From positions 1 through 64,000 of the forward strand of contig JAUGWO010000150.1 in assembly GCA_049724395.1 (NCBI GenBank): DNA of 64,000 nucleotides. The letters are read 5' to 3'. A model generated the notes under the pieces. That model was not told the DNA's origin. It ran no database searches and saw only the letters and a program-made list of their open reading frames with translations. Of this stretch, positions 35,701 to 48,225 are shown piece by piece (the stretch's first letter is position 1; each line of letters begins with the position of its first letter). The translations under genes and the position numbers were made by a program. The stretch comes from Spongospora subterranea f. sp. subterranea. Taxonomy: Eukaryota.

Positions 35701-38462
35701 AAGTATTTCGTCACATAAGAACGCAGTTGACATCTATACGATTGCTCATATAAAGAAACATAAGAAAGCATTCCAGTTTTGAAATAAGATACTTACATAA
35801 GATTTGGCTGTCGATTGCGATAAAGGAGACACTAAAAGAGGATATATTTCATGGTCGTCATCAAACTGAGACCCAGGGCTGACTACGAGGTCCTAAATTA
35901 GGCTGTATCATAACAACGAAAATTGCCGACCGCAAGCGTTGATGTAGCAAAGTGCACCAATGATGCCTGCACGTTGAAAGAGGAAATGCGGTTGATGAAG
36001 ATTTTTCTTGATATAAATAAGAACTTCAGTGCTGTTGGCCAGCGTTGACGATGATACGTCATTTCCTAAGCACTAATGCCCGTTTCAAAAACAAAAAATT
36101 ATCAAACGCAAACTCCACACCTTTGCTAATGCTTGAAATAGAGTACGCAACTGAAAATTCGAGAGGTTATGGCCTGATATGGATTTCAATGGATATTGAT
36201 AGATGAAATCAACATTTTTCCGTACAGTAATCTAATAGACTCTGGATATAGGCTAATGATGGCCTAATTTGCTCATGGTAATGTGTACAAAGACTCAATA
36301 GAAAAAGAAGTGCTCGATCGACCTCCTCAGCTTTCCCGCTTCCAATATGCGCAATGATACAGTTCAAGGTATCAGGTTTAAGAGTGGTGTTTGTAAAAAC
36401 TGCTGTGTATATCGTTTCAGCTATGTCTTGGTCACGAACGTCGGCGCTCCTTAACATTTCCTGTAAAGTGAAATCAGAAGTAACTCTCATCTAATCAGAA
36501 TACGCAACCTCAGCAACGCCTAACGAAGACTTTGCTAGCATTGAAACAACGTCTGGATGCGCGGATAAGATTTCCTCAAACGAATTCGTAAACGCCCCTG
36601 CCGATCACAACCGCAGATGATGAGAATAATTGTCGCGACCTGACAACAAGCTTCCAGTACCTTGTTTGTCTGAAGCCAACCAATGTTTCAAAGTGATAAC
36701 AGCTTTTCCGGAAAAGTGTGGCAGCTCATTTACAACGAAAAGAGACCAAACGGCAATTGGTGAAACGTCGTCGGCAATCATTGTCTGTAGGCATTTTATA
36801 AACGCAGATGATAGCTGTTTATGATACAAAATGCCGTTGCGTAGTTGTTCTGAGTGGCAAAAAGTCAAGAGATAAAGCGATGGCACATCAGGTTTTGTAC
36901 CGATTACGAGGCAGAGGCTTTCGCATCGCGTCTTACTCCTAGTGCGGGGGTCTCCGATAAACTTCAAGTTACGCAATAATGACGATATTGTCTGAATTCA
37001 AAGTACGTTATACAGCTCGGCGCATCTGCAGATCAACGATGAGGGTTACTCACAGTTTCCGCATCTTTTTTCGTACAAGAATGCATAACAAAACGAATGA
37101 TGACTGGAAGGTCATCTATGGGGGAAGTTTCAAGGGCATGCACCGCAGTTCCACGAAGATCGTCCTGAAACCAAAATTAGCAACTGTGTGAGAAGTACGT
37201 TTCGAAGCTGCGTCGTGTTCATCAAATAACAACCATTTCCCATCAACCAAGAATGATTTGCGAAAAGTACCATTAGGTCCGAAGAAAGATTAAGGTTGGA
37301 AAGCGTATCCAGAATGTGTACAGTTAGGCTAACGTCATCACGAAGCAACTCCTGCAGAAACTCGACCAGCCTCTGATCCATCAAATTATCATAGTGCAAA
37401 AAGTTCTCGTTATTATTTACTGGATGCGACGAATCAGTAACAATATCAGGGATAGCGATCAGTATTTCTCTTTGAAGAAGTACTGGACAGACACGGAGTA
37501 GATCCAGCAGCTTTTCGCATAATTGCTTCTCGTTGCAAACAACATCGAGATAGCGGAGCTGAAAGAGGATCATTCTTGGAACATCGGTCCATAGAGAAGA
37601 AGAGCTACGAAAAAACCACTCTCAATATCGCTTCTTGAAATGCAAGTGAAAAACGCGAGATTTACTTCAAAGAAGACCTTAAGTAAAACATTTTTTGAAA
37701 AAAAGATGCTGTGGATTAAAAAAAGGTTTACTCTTGATCTTCGCAGAATTCAGGCAACTTCTCCAGAATCAAAGTAATAAGACGTTGTTGAAGCGAAGGA
37801 ACTCCTGAAAATAGCATCCGTCGTTCAAACGGCTATCGCTTGCTCGTAAAAGATTCATTTTTACCGAGTAATGAACGAATAAGTGAATCTGTTGAGGCTG
37901 GAATTACCATTTCGCTTTCTTGAGATGATAAACTCTGGAAACGATCATTTGGTAACGATGTCAATGCCGGCTGAAGAGCTTTTCTAAGCTGATCGTCGTC
38001 GTCGAGGAAAGACGTCAATTGCTCAATGAACCTAAGTACGACAATTAGTATAGGAATAGAAAATCAATTTCATTAGTGTTGTTGTTGTTTTTTACTGATC
38101 AAGTAAGGAAGGAGATGATCTGAATCGTCTCTCGAGTTTCCACCGTAACTCGGCGAGGTTCGCTAATGTGAAGCTTAGCAAATAAGGCAAGGCAAAATGG
38201 GTAGATATATACAAATCGTATGGGGGTAATGTCCATCGCTGAGCATGCAAAAATTTTCCGATTCTAACATGCTGTGCAAAACGTGATTTTTTCTAGGGGG
38301 CGACGGTATCGAAAACGTGCCATCATCTCGGAGTCTCTTATCTGCAACAATAAAAGCATTGATTAAGATTCAAAATTATGCAAAATATTGAAGGTTCCGA
38401 CTTGTTATGGCCTCTTGCTTCCCGGTGGAGATGGAAGATGCTTCAGACGGATCCTCGAACAT
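32792..38462 (-). CDS. FANCD2: Fanconi anemia group D2 protein (many exons)
   Basis: LQREILIAIPDIVTDS, LTVHILDTLSNLNL, QVICNHVK..LVARVPALKK..SLETF..FKCGTLKHRAIDG plus an acidic tail. The start codon is inferred. Confidence 0.9.
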
Positions 38463-38569
38463 CCTCCTGGGCTGGCGACGGTGCGGGATTGTGCGCAGCA
38501 CCGAAGGGCAAAAGATGCATCCAAGCGATGGCCATCGTCCCTTACTCAAATTAACCAGCGATTTCGGGA

Positions 38570-39909
38570 GTGGGTGAATCATTCTCCACTAGTTACAGTG
38601 ACGAGGATTTCACATCATTTATTATCATGACGTTACTAATGGCAATTACCCAATGGGATCAGCGTTACCCCCAACAGTACAGTTGGGGGCCGTTCCGATA
38701 CAGTGGCGTTGGCTGCACCGATCGCATTCAACTCAACGAGCTGTTTAGCATTGAGGAAGAGAAGTTGATCATGGGGGTGCTACCGGCTGCCGTGGGTTCA
38801 TGCAGTTGTTCAGCCCTAGCACAATGCTTCTGGAGATCGCCATAAGCCAGCCGCATCGCCAAACAACAATTTTGCAATCCCCGCAACCAAGACCTTGCTA
38901 GGACGACGCCCCGGATACCGTAATCGATTGACGACCGAGAGTTACACACCATCTTTACATACAGATCAGCGTCTTTCGAACCGAGGTCGACTGTAGCTTT
39001 ACCTTCAACATGCGTATCATGGTTGTTCCTGTTTTTTACATTGCTCCTAATTCTACACATTGTTTGAATTGAGAATTCATAGGCCAAAACAATGCTGCAA
39101 AGCGGCCGAATTTCACAAGGTCAAACAAGCAGACCGATTTGACCAGTGGATTAATCCCCGGAAGATGTTATCCAGAAATAATTCTGTTGCCTGAAAATCC
39201 CTGAATTCACAGTCTACTTCTAAACCGAGTCCGAAAAATGAGATCAATAGTAATCGCCTTCGCTGTTGCCTTCGCCATGGCAAAATCTTAGCTGCTAATA
39301 CGTCAAGATGTCCTAAACGCCAATTACGAGTTGGCAAATCCTCGCCTGCATTCGGGTTTCTATCAAGCTGCGTCCAACAAAATTTCGGCCATCTTGTCGC
39401 CCTGAAAATCTGCCGGTTGCCCAACATTAATGAAGTGACAGCTCTGAGTATTGCACCCAAAACCCTGATGAACAATTCCGCTTGTTTTTGACGTTTTCTG
39501 CTCTGATGGACGTTGGCACATCGTGACATCGCTGTTTCGTAGAAGCAACCTCAACGACTACGTTGATAAAAAGAGAATCTGCAAAAATCTGGCACAGTTT
39601 GATGATAAATCCAAGCTGATCATGTATAAGGTGATCGAAGCGATCGTTCATGGCGATATATGTCCCGATAAAAGTGAGTCGTGCTGAATATTGTCATTCG
39701 ATATTTGGCCTTGTATTGAGACTACAGGCTCAGCTCTCATCGACGATGATGACAATATGATCGACCTTGAAAGGACACGGATCCTTTCGGACGCGACACC
39801 AGAAGCCGTTCGAGTTGATCTTAAAAATCTCTGCTCAATAATCGCCCATATCTTAACGAAATCAGAGAATAGTTTCAATGGATTTACTCCATTTAATACA
39901 AGTAAGTGA
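38570..39909 (+). CDS. Hypothetical multi-exon gene or pseudogene divergent from FANCD2
   Basis: Several short plus-strand frames bounded by GT/AG; no recognisable domain. Confidence 0.25.
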
Positions 39910-40369
39910 GATTGGCGCCATAAAATACCGAAATCGTCGCACAGATCGACGTTTAAGGTAATGGAATTATTGAATTCTGATGATGGCGCTCTCGATTTAG
40001 CACGGATATCCAGACGCCGAATGGAATCGAATTATTGGACAAAATGCGACTACCGATACGATATCTAACGTAGATGGGACGCGGTCGAGTCCCTTTCCCG
40101 AATCGTTCTGGCATTTCTGCCCCACATATCCTGCGGTGTAATGAACGCCAGATGACCATTGTTCGCCCCCGTCAACATATAGAGAGTTGAATTTCCCCCG
40201 TCCTGATGTTCCTAACATGTCGGTTGCCAGGTCAACCGCCAAAAATACCCAACGTTGCACTGGCGATTTCTTTCGTGACACTGTCGCGCAATTTTCTGTA
40301 TCTGACCGGAGGTGGTTTGCGCATATTTTTTTTCGCCAAACCTGCACGTCTTAGTCACGTGATCCGGCA

Positions 40370-41407
40370 ATGTCTTCGATGGCCATGGTAGTGTCAATGC
40401 GGAGGTTATTCGGGACCATAATATGTGGCCAGGTGATTAGCTTTATCATTTCCGGGACCAATATATTCATAACGCTTACCCACGAGAGGAACCTCAACAC
40501 GGAATTTTTCCCCAATCAGATCGTTTACCATGTGCTATTGCTGATCGCCCTGATATTCTCCCGTAGAAGCTTCGCCTTCTACCGGACGTTGCCCGCCAAG
40601 ATGTTCTTTTTGTACGGCGTCCTTGGCTGTGTCGATTTCGCGGCCAACGTCGCCGTCCTGAAATCGTTCCAATACACGTCAGCGATATCCGTTATGGTGT
40701 TCTCATCGACGTCGACCATCTTCGTCATGGTCTTCACGATCGCCATATTCGGTCGTCGTTATAACTTCCTTCACGGGATCGGCGCTTTCATCGTTGCGAT
40801 CGGGATATTCCTGATCAACTATTCGCGATATCTGGATGAGGACACCCGTGGCGATGTGGGCTGGATGGGGATGTTCCTCGCCTCTATGGCGGCGATCGGC
40901 TACGCTATCTCCAACGTTGTCAACGAGTACGTGTCCCGAACGGAGTCCGGTTACCCGTTCGGGGCGCTTGGCGCCATGGGCCTTTCGGGATCGATCATCT
41001 CCTTCATTATCTGCCAGGCTACCCCATATGGTTGGCGAGATCGGGACATGGTCCTGAGCGCGTCATTAGAGTGTTTGCTGTTTATCGGAGGGTTCGTTGG
41101 CTGCATGGTCATCTTCTACGTCGTCGTCCCCGTGTTCATCCAGCAATGTGGCGCCGTACAGTTGAACCTGAACATCATCACCGCCGATCTGATCGTGTTG
41201 GTGTTCAATCTGATCCATAAGGAGATCGCGATCAGTTGGGTGTATATGTCCGGGTTCATATCGGTCATCGTCGGTATGGTCGTGTTCAACCTCACCGAAC
41301 CCGTTGATCGTCGCGACACCTTTGTTCTCACCAAATCCGCCGTATCCGATATTAATATGGATTATGGCGGGCATTGTCTCACTATTCCACCAACAAGAAC
41401 TATATAA
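40370..41407 (+). CDS. SLC35F-family / EamA (DMT superfamily) transporter, intronless
   Basis: 345-aa ORF with about 10 hydrophobic segments; GQVISFII, DFAAN..FQYTS, GYAISNVVNEY, LNLNIITAD. Confidence 0.88.
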   Translation: MSSMAMVVSMRRLFGTIICGQVISFIISGTNIFITLTHERNLNTEFFPNQIVYHVLLLIALIFSRRSFAFYRTLPAKMFFLYGVLGCVDFAANVAVLKSFQYTSAISVMVFSSTSTIFVMVFTIAIFGRRYNFLHGIGAFIVAIGIFLINYSRYLDEDTRGDVGWMGMFLASMAAIGYAISNVVNEYVSRTESGYPFGALGAMGLSGSIISFIICQATPYGWRDRDMVLSASLECLLFIGGFVGCMVIFYVVVPVFIQQCGAVQLNLNIITADLIVLVFNLIHKEIAISWVYMSGFISVIVGMVVFNLTEPVDRRDTFVLTKSAVSDINMDYGGHCLTIPPTRTI

Positions 41408-41443
41408 AAAAGTAGTTCCCTGTAATTGAGTTATTTCGCCATC

Positions 41444-41590
41444 CACAATTGGAACTGGAAAAAAATCGACACTGAGAAAGGATTCTGAACAGGCAAACGC
41501 CATTAAAACGATAAATGGAGCTGGAAACTGTTCAACATGGAATAAGGGATGCGAAGGATAAACCGCCTTCCCACTATTATGTAATGACAA
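41444..41590 (+). repeat. Partial paralog (last codons plus 3' UTR) of the 32219-32386 peptide gene
   Basis: Inverted ~150-bp copy of 32117-32262 encoding HNWNWKKIDTEKGF*. Confidence 0.85.
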
Positions 41591-42066
41591 CAGTTATTTA
41601 TCGGCGAGAGATGAAGGGTACGAGAGGCAGAGAGGTGAGATGGTGAAATAGGATGAGAATAAGAGGATCGTGGAGCGAGAGTCAAGAGTAGAGTAGGCGG
41701 TCGCAAACCAAAAGTACTGGCTGCATCGTGCCTCATGTCAGGATATCTGCTCTCCAGAACGCCATATGGCAATATTAAATGAGCGATAGGTATCAGGGAA
41801 TATACACATTGTATATCGACCACAATTGGAATTTCACTGTTTTATTGTCTGGACACGATCTTGGTGACGCGACCACATGTAAAAACGAATACTCAGCAAC
41901 GGCGTAAATAAGATGAGTTTGATGATAGTATCTTTCCGATCTTTATCCGTGGCGGCCTCCGTAGCGGACTTTCCCTTCGGTGTCTGTCTTATCGTTGGTT
42001 CGTATCGAGTCGATCGTCTGGGCGGAGTTTGTTCAAACTGGGATATCATCGCCCGACAAAATAATA

Positions 42067-44613
42067 ATGGAATCCCTGTCGAACGATCAGATCGTACGGG
42101 CCGTGAAGGCCAGCATATCAGGCCTGGCATCAGCCGATGGCGCCATGGCCGATATCGTCCAGGCCGTCACCGATATGTTACCGGCAATGGAGATCGATAT
42201 GCACAATGACAACGCCGATATCCTGAGGGACCTGGTCGCCGAACCATTCGCGGGCGATCTATCAGATAATCAGGTTCTGAATATCTGTAAAGACATCTCC
42301 AGGGAATTGTCGAAACTCGCATCCGGCGAGGACGACGAACCCGAGGACGAGGGCGATAACGACGAGGAAGACAACAAAGCCGAAGCGAAGAAATTCGTGA
42401 AGAACGCCAAGAAGACGAAGAAGGTGAAGGCGCCAAAATCGAAGGTGAAAGTGAAGGGCGCTGTTGATGTTTCGAAACCGGCCGCCAATGCCAACGCCGA
42501 TGGCGTACCGACCTGGTTGAACCAGGACGCCAAGAAGAAGCTGCATGGGCGCGACGTCAACATCCATATCCGAATGTCGAACTTGGGCGGTGGTACCAAT
42601 CTGATTGACGGCGCCGACCTCATTCTAACATGCGGCCGTAAATATGGACTTATCGGTAATACCGACTCGTGTTCAACAGTTCTTTTTTGATTTTCTAGTT
42701 TAATATCTTTTTCCAGTTCGGAAAAGGCCCTTTTTTAAATATTGATTTGTTAGGTCAGAACGGTGCCGGTAAATCGACATTATTGCACCACATTTCCGGG
42801 TATCTGTTCCCTGATTTCCCCAAGCACCTGCACGTGATGCACGTCGAGCAGGAAATCGTCGGCGATGCCACCAAGGTCATCGACTACGTGATCAACAGCG
42901 ACAAAGAGCTCGCCATGCTCCTGAACAAACAGAAACGTCTCGAAACGTCTCGTGACTCCGGCGAAAAGTTCGACGCCGATCACGAACTTGAGGAAGTCTA
43001 CGCCCGGTTGAAAACGATCGATTCCGAGACAGCCCCAGCTCGAGCTGCCGTGATCCTGGCCGGTTTAGGGTTCACTCAAGAAATGCAGCAAACTCCGACA
43101 AAAGATTTATCAGGTGGTTGGCGTATGCGTGTCGCCATCTCCTGCGCTTTGTTCGTGACCCCCGATATCCTGTTGTTGGATGAGCCGACGAACCATCTGG
43201 ATTTCCCGACGGTGCTGTGGCTGGAGAAATATTTGCAGGGCTACGAGAAGACGCTTCTCCTGGTGTCGCACGATCGTAAATTCTTGAACAGTGTCATCAC
43301 CGATGTCATCCATTTTGCCTACAAGACGTTAACGTATTACAAGGGTGACTATGAGACGTTCGAGAAGGTGCGCGCTGAACAGCTGCGATGTGCTTGGAAA
43401 GCGTATCAGCTGCAGCAGGAGAAGATTATCCACTCGACTCAGTTTATCAACAAGTTCAGGGCCAACAAGAAGCTGGCGTCGATGGTTCAGTCACGAATCA
43501 AAGAGCTTGAGAAGATGGTTAAACTCGAGAAACCCCCTGAAGACTTCAAGTTCCGTTTCCGTTTTCCAAGTAACTGCCGGTTTTCCTATTTGTTTTCATG
43601 ATGTTTTTGACGTTTTTTCCGTTTTACAGACCCTGATCCGCTTTCAAAACCGCAAATATTCGACGTCACTGATCTGACATTTGGGTACAACAAAGACAAA
43701 CCCCCTCTGTTCAAGAATGTCAATCTATCCGTTCATCTTGACAGGTAACGTGCCCTAAATCCCTAAAGATAGCAGTCGTGAACCATTTGATGTTTGTAGT
43801 CGTATCGGGTGTCTGGGCGCGAACGGTGCCGGAAAGTCAACTCTGATCTCGCTGCTGTTGAACAAGATCGAGCCGTGGTCGGGTCTGGTTGCCCGTAATG
43901 GACAGGCCATTGTGGGATATTTTGCCCAGCATCATACTGATATCTTAGATGCCGACAAGACACCTCTTGTAAGTTGGTTTCCTTATTTGACAATGTTTCT
44001 AAATCTATCAATTATATCCGTTTTCGACACATTTGAAACATTGCCGTCATTGTTCGTTTTTATGTTTGTCAGGTCAAGTTGTGGTGATTTATGGAAATGT
44101 ATTTCGCAGACAATGTTGAAGGATCTGTTCCCGACGGCGACCCAGGAGGAAATCTATTCGCAGCTGAGCCATTTCGGTATCAAGGGCAAGGTCTGTCACC
44201 AACTTATCAAAGATCTGTCCGGAGGGCAGAAATCGAGAATGTCATTCGCTTTGTTGACGTGGAGACATCCACACTGCATCGTTATGGATGAACCGACAAA
44301 TCACTGCGGTTAGAGTCAACGCTCCCTTTTCAGTTGTCCTTTGTTGTAATCATTTTTGATTTTAGATTTGGACACAATCGATGGGCTTATTGAGGCAATT
44401 CATCATTACCAGGGTGCTATTGTGGTTGTTAGTCACGATCGATTCTTCTTGGAACACGTCTGCAAGGAGTTCTGGTCGGTTGGCAAACAACGGATTCGTG
44501 CGTTCTACGAGTTCGACCAAGCATCCGCTTATTCTTATGAAATTGGCAATATCAAAAGTGTCCGGCAAGAAATAGGCTCTGAATCGTCTGTCAAAAAACT
44601 AGAAACCAATTAA
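42067..44613 (+). CDS. ABC-F family ATPase (GCN20/ABCF3-like, multi-exon)
   Basis: GQNGAGKST, LSGGWRMRVAIS, LLLDEPTNHLD; second NBD GANGAGKST, LSGGQKSR, MDEPTNH/LD, VVVSHDR; no membrane domain. Confidence 0.95.
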
Positions 44614-44797
44614 TTACAGTCACTAGTGTCTGTCTTTCGCTTTAAATGTTGGGACAGTAGGTGACTAAATGGTGAAGTTTTATGCTGCAATACGATGTCG
44701 CCTTTATTTGCGATTAAGTAGATATACCGACCAAATGACGTACAGTAGATATCATGAAGTTAAATAGAAAATTAAGTGAAAGTTTTGGACAGCGGGA

Positions 44798-47494
44798 TTA
44801 CGGCATAGAGCCATCAAAGGCTGAAAACATGTGATGCAGCTCAGAAAACGTTGGCCGATCTTGCGGATGACTCGCCCAACACTCCTGGATTATCTATCGC
44901 AGACGTTAATTATTTATATATTAAGCAAAAAGAAAAGCATTTCAACTCAAAAATACCATAAAAATGTAACCAAAAAACGGTTATATAGGAAAGCTTGCCG
45001 GTCAACGAAACAGACCTGTGTGAATGGAGAATCACTTGCGGATAATAATGGCCGTGAAAGACTGTTAACGTTGACATTGGAGATCGCCGGGGAATTGATT
45101 CCAGGATTGCATAACACACTACAGCGGCAATCGATTGATAAGCGTCGATAGAAGGTGGGTGGCAACTTACTTCAAAATACAACCTACAGAAAATACATCT
45201 GAATACGGGCACACCACGCCTGAAAGAAAAAACACACGCAACATGAGCACACATATGAGCAAATCACGACACAGAACAAAGGGTGTCTTCATGGCAGAAA
45301 ACAAGAACTTTTGATGTTAATAAAAGAAAGAGGCGGAAATATGCTGAAATGAAAACGTGGTACCGTGGCCGTCGATTATTTCTGGGGCCTCAAAACCAGT
45401 GATCTCATTTGAGTTGCGAATCCGCATCTCCAATTGCCGAGCGGGATACTGTCCCACACCGCCAATACGGACGTTTAATAAAGAATCAAGCAAAATCGTT
45501 TTGCAGGATAAAAACCCATGAACGACGCGACGTTGGCTCAAGAATTGCATAGCGCTCGTGATCTGGCGCATGATGTGCGCAATTTCAAAGATCGTCAAAG
45601 GAAGAGCGTGCCTCCCTGCTGACGAGCCTTTGGGAGATAACCGTTGAACATAATGAAATATGTTACCCATTGGCATCCATTCTATGAATAACGACATTAA
45701 CACCGATTGAAAAAAGGAGCTCAGGTAAAAGAAACCGAATTAACACGAAACTAGCAAAGATACAGAGAACTGAAACTGGGAAACGGCCATTACGTAACAA
45801 GATCCTCAAACTGTTGAATGGACACAACAATATTCGGTAGCAAACTAAAGTTGACCAACCTTCGACAGCAATCACACCTTCAGGGACGACAGCAACTCCA
45901 AGCAGTGGCACAATATTTTCGTGATTGATGCTACAGAAGGTTCCAACCTGAACAATTTGTTGTATGTCAACCAACAAAGAAGCGGTTGAGGTTTGGAAAG
46001 CCTTACATGACCAGCGACATTCTCAATCAAACTTTTAGGAATCTGATACAGATTGTAAGTGTGCAACGCAACGTCATGTTCACGCCAGCGGCCACGGCAT
46101 GTCCTGGCATCAAGGTAACCATGTTGTCGCATTATTTCTTCCGAGGTTATGGACCTGAAAATTCCAATGCTTGTTACCAAACCGATTTGCACCGAAGTTG
46201 TACAACATCAGTGATTTTCGATTGCCATAGAAAAATGCCCGGAGGAAAGAAAAAAGCCCGACCAAGGCAGAATGCATAAGATAGAAATGTATCGGCTAAA
46301 GCCATGCAAAAATCAGATACGAAATTTCAATAAGCAACATACCATCGAGGAACAGGAGATTGAGGGGGTGCTACTGTCGGCTCCTGTATGAGGAATAGAG
46401 CAAACACTTTCCAGTCCTGTATTATAATTGAGTATTATTATGGCGAAAGCTCGGAAGCAGTAACCTGCGCTGCCAAAACGGGAAGGCATTCCGATAAAAC
46501 AATAGACGCCACCACAACCCAACTAAACTAGATACCAGCCAGCATCTCAGTGAGTATAAGAGACATACATCTGACTCGCAAAACAGAACTTGAAGCCAAC
46601 AAATAGATGATGTCTTACTTTGTCGATTTCGGCTGGTGTAGTCCAAGTTGCGTCTATGATAAACAGCCAAAGCATGATTGCACGAACAACCCTTCCTAAG
46701 CTGAATATCATCAACGTCCACGACAGCGCCTCGACTCTGAATTCACAAACAAAAAATGTAGAGTTATAGCACCTGCAGAAAAAACGAATGAATAATGTAC
46801 CTTTTTTTAGCTACCAACGAACTGAAAGGAAAACCACTGATCACCGCCAGAAAAAAAGCAGCTATAGAGATTATGACGATGATCGGTAGCGCCAAACTCA
46901 GTACAAAAACACAAGAGCACAAAGCATCAAACAGCCGCGATATGACAGACACTTTGACCAAAAATGCATCTAAAACAATGTAATTAGAAGTGAATTTGGT
47001 GTCGGAAAACATATAAAAAAAATGAAAGATGGTGTACATAAAATACCGGCAAAATAAAAGATCACAGTTATGGCAAGCGCCACGTTGAAGACGATGTAGG
47101 CCTGTTTGAGACGTCGCCTTATCGCCTCCCTGTTAGTAGTAACGCGAGAAGAATTTGTGGTAATGTTGAGCCATGTAATAGCAATGTAGAAATACAAGGA
47201 CAGCGCCGTAAACTCAGGAATCAGAATAATAACTTCCTGCACAGCCCCAAGATCCACCCGGTCCATTAGGCTCAGGATTAAATCAATACCGAATGATATC
47301 GCCCGAGCAGAGCAATGAACCGCTATCATCATCGTTAGATATCGGTAGGAGAGAGTTGCACCTTGCAGATGCTTTAGACGGCGAATTCGCCGAACAGATC
47401 GGAAGACGAGCCCCAGGTATAAAACAAGCAAGACAGACAACGCCCCCCTGGCCGATTGAATTGGCAGGATATTATCGGATGGGTCAGGAGGCAT
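44798..47494 (-). CDS. Putative 7TM (THH1/TOM1/GPR137-like) protein fused to a TKL-type pseudokinase
   Basis: About 7 hydrophobic helices (CSARAI, IPEFTALSLY..W, LSECLP), then a kinase fold: RGRWREHDVALH, HENIVPLLG, EWMPMGNI, VVHGFLSCKTILL, EAPEII, SDVFSVG, CWASHPQDRPTF. The splice link between the halves is inferred. Confidence 0.65.
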
Positions 47495-47679
47495 CCGGGT
47501 TGGTGCAATCCTCGGTATCCACAACATCACATTCACAAGGAAAAATGACACAAACTATCGACAGTAAATTCACCTAAATCTCCGTGTCGTGCAGAAATTA
47601 ATCGCGCTCGTCGGGAACCGGAGCCATAAATTTATTTCCGAGCAGTACAGGTACTGTACACAAGGATTGTATATGCGGC

Positions 47680-48020
47680 TGTCATGTTGGTGTATGTACT
47701 GTAGAAGAAGGTGACTGGTGACGCCACTTGAGAACATCTTCATCGTATTCTTGGTGATTTTGATTGTGTCGGAATAATTTCGCCAGTAGTCGAGCAGAGT
47801 CTGCCACAACTGCATATTCTCTTCGAGGGTTGATAGGTAATGATTGGAATTAACTTACCGATGATAACGAGTCTGTCATTATATAAATCGTCCGCAACGA
47901 ACCAAGAGGAGGTCCAGCGATGAGGCAAATGGTCGAGCTTGATCGACGGGATGGGAGTATTCGGGGGCTCTCACCGTGGTCGTTTTTGTAATCCAAACTT
48001 GCGATATTCTTTTTACCATG
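47680..48020 (-). CDS. Possible small hypothetical protein
   Basis: Short frames joined by plausible GT-AG introns; no homology recognised. Confidence 0.2.
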
Positions 48021-48225
48021 TAAGTTTTGGTTCGATTATACTCAGGATGCAGTCAACAAAAAGGATTGTTTGGTAATGATTTAAGCTGGCTCCAAAAATA
48101 GGACGACTTGTTTTCCCTGTTTTTGTAATTAGTGTTGAAGAACGTTCGACAGAAATGGCGGGTTTTGTCTGTGGACAGTCCATTGAATCGTTTGACGTTA
48201 GGGAAATATGTTCTTGACCCCGAAT

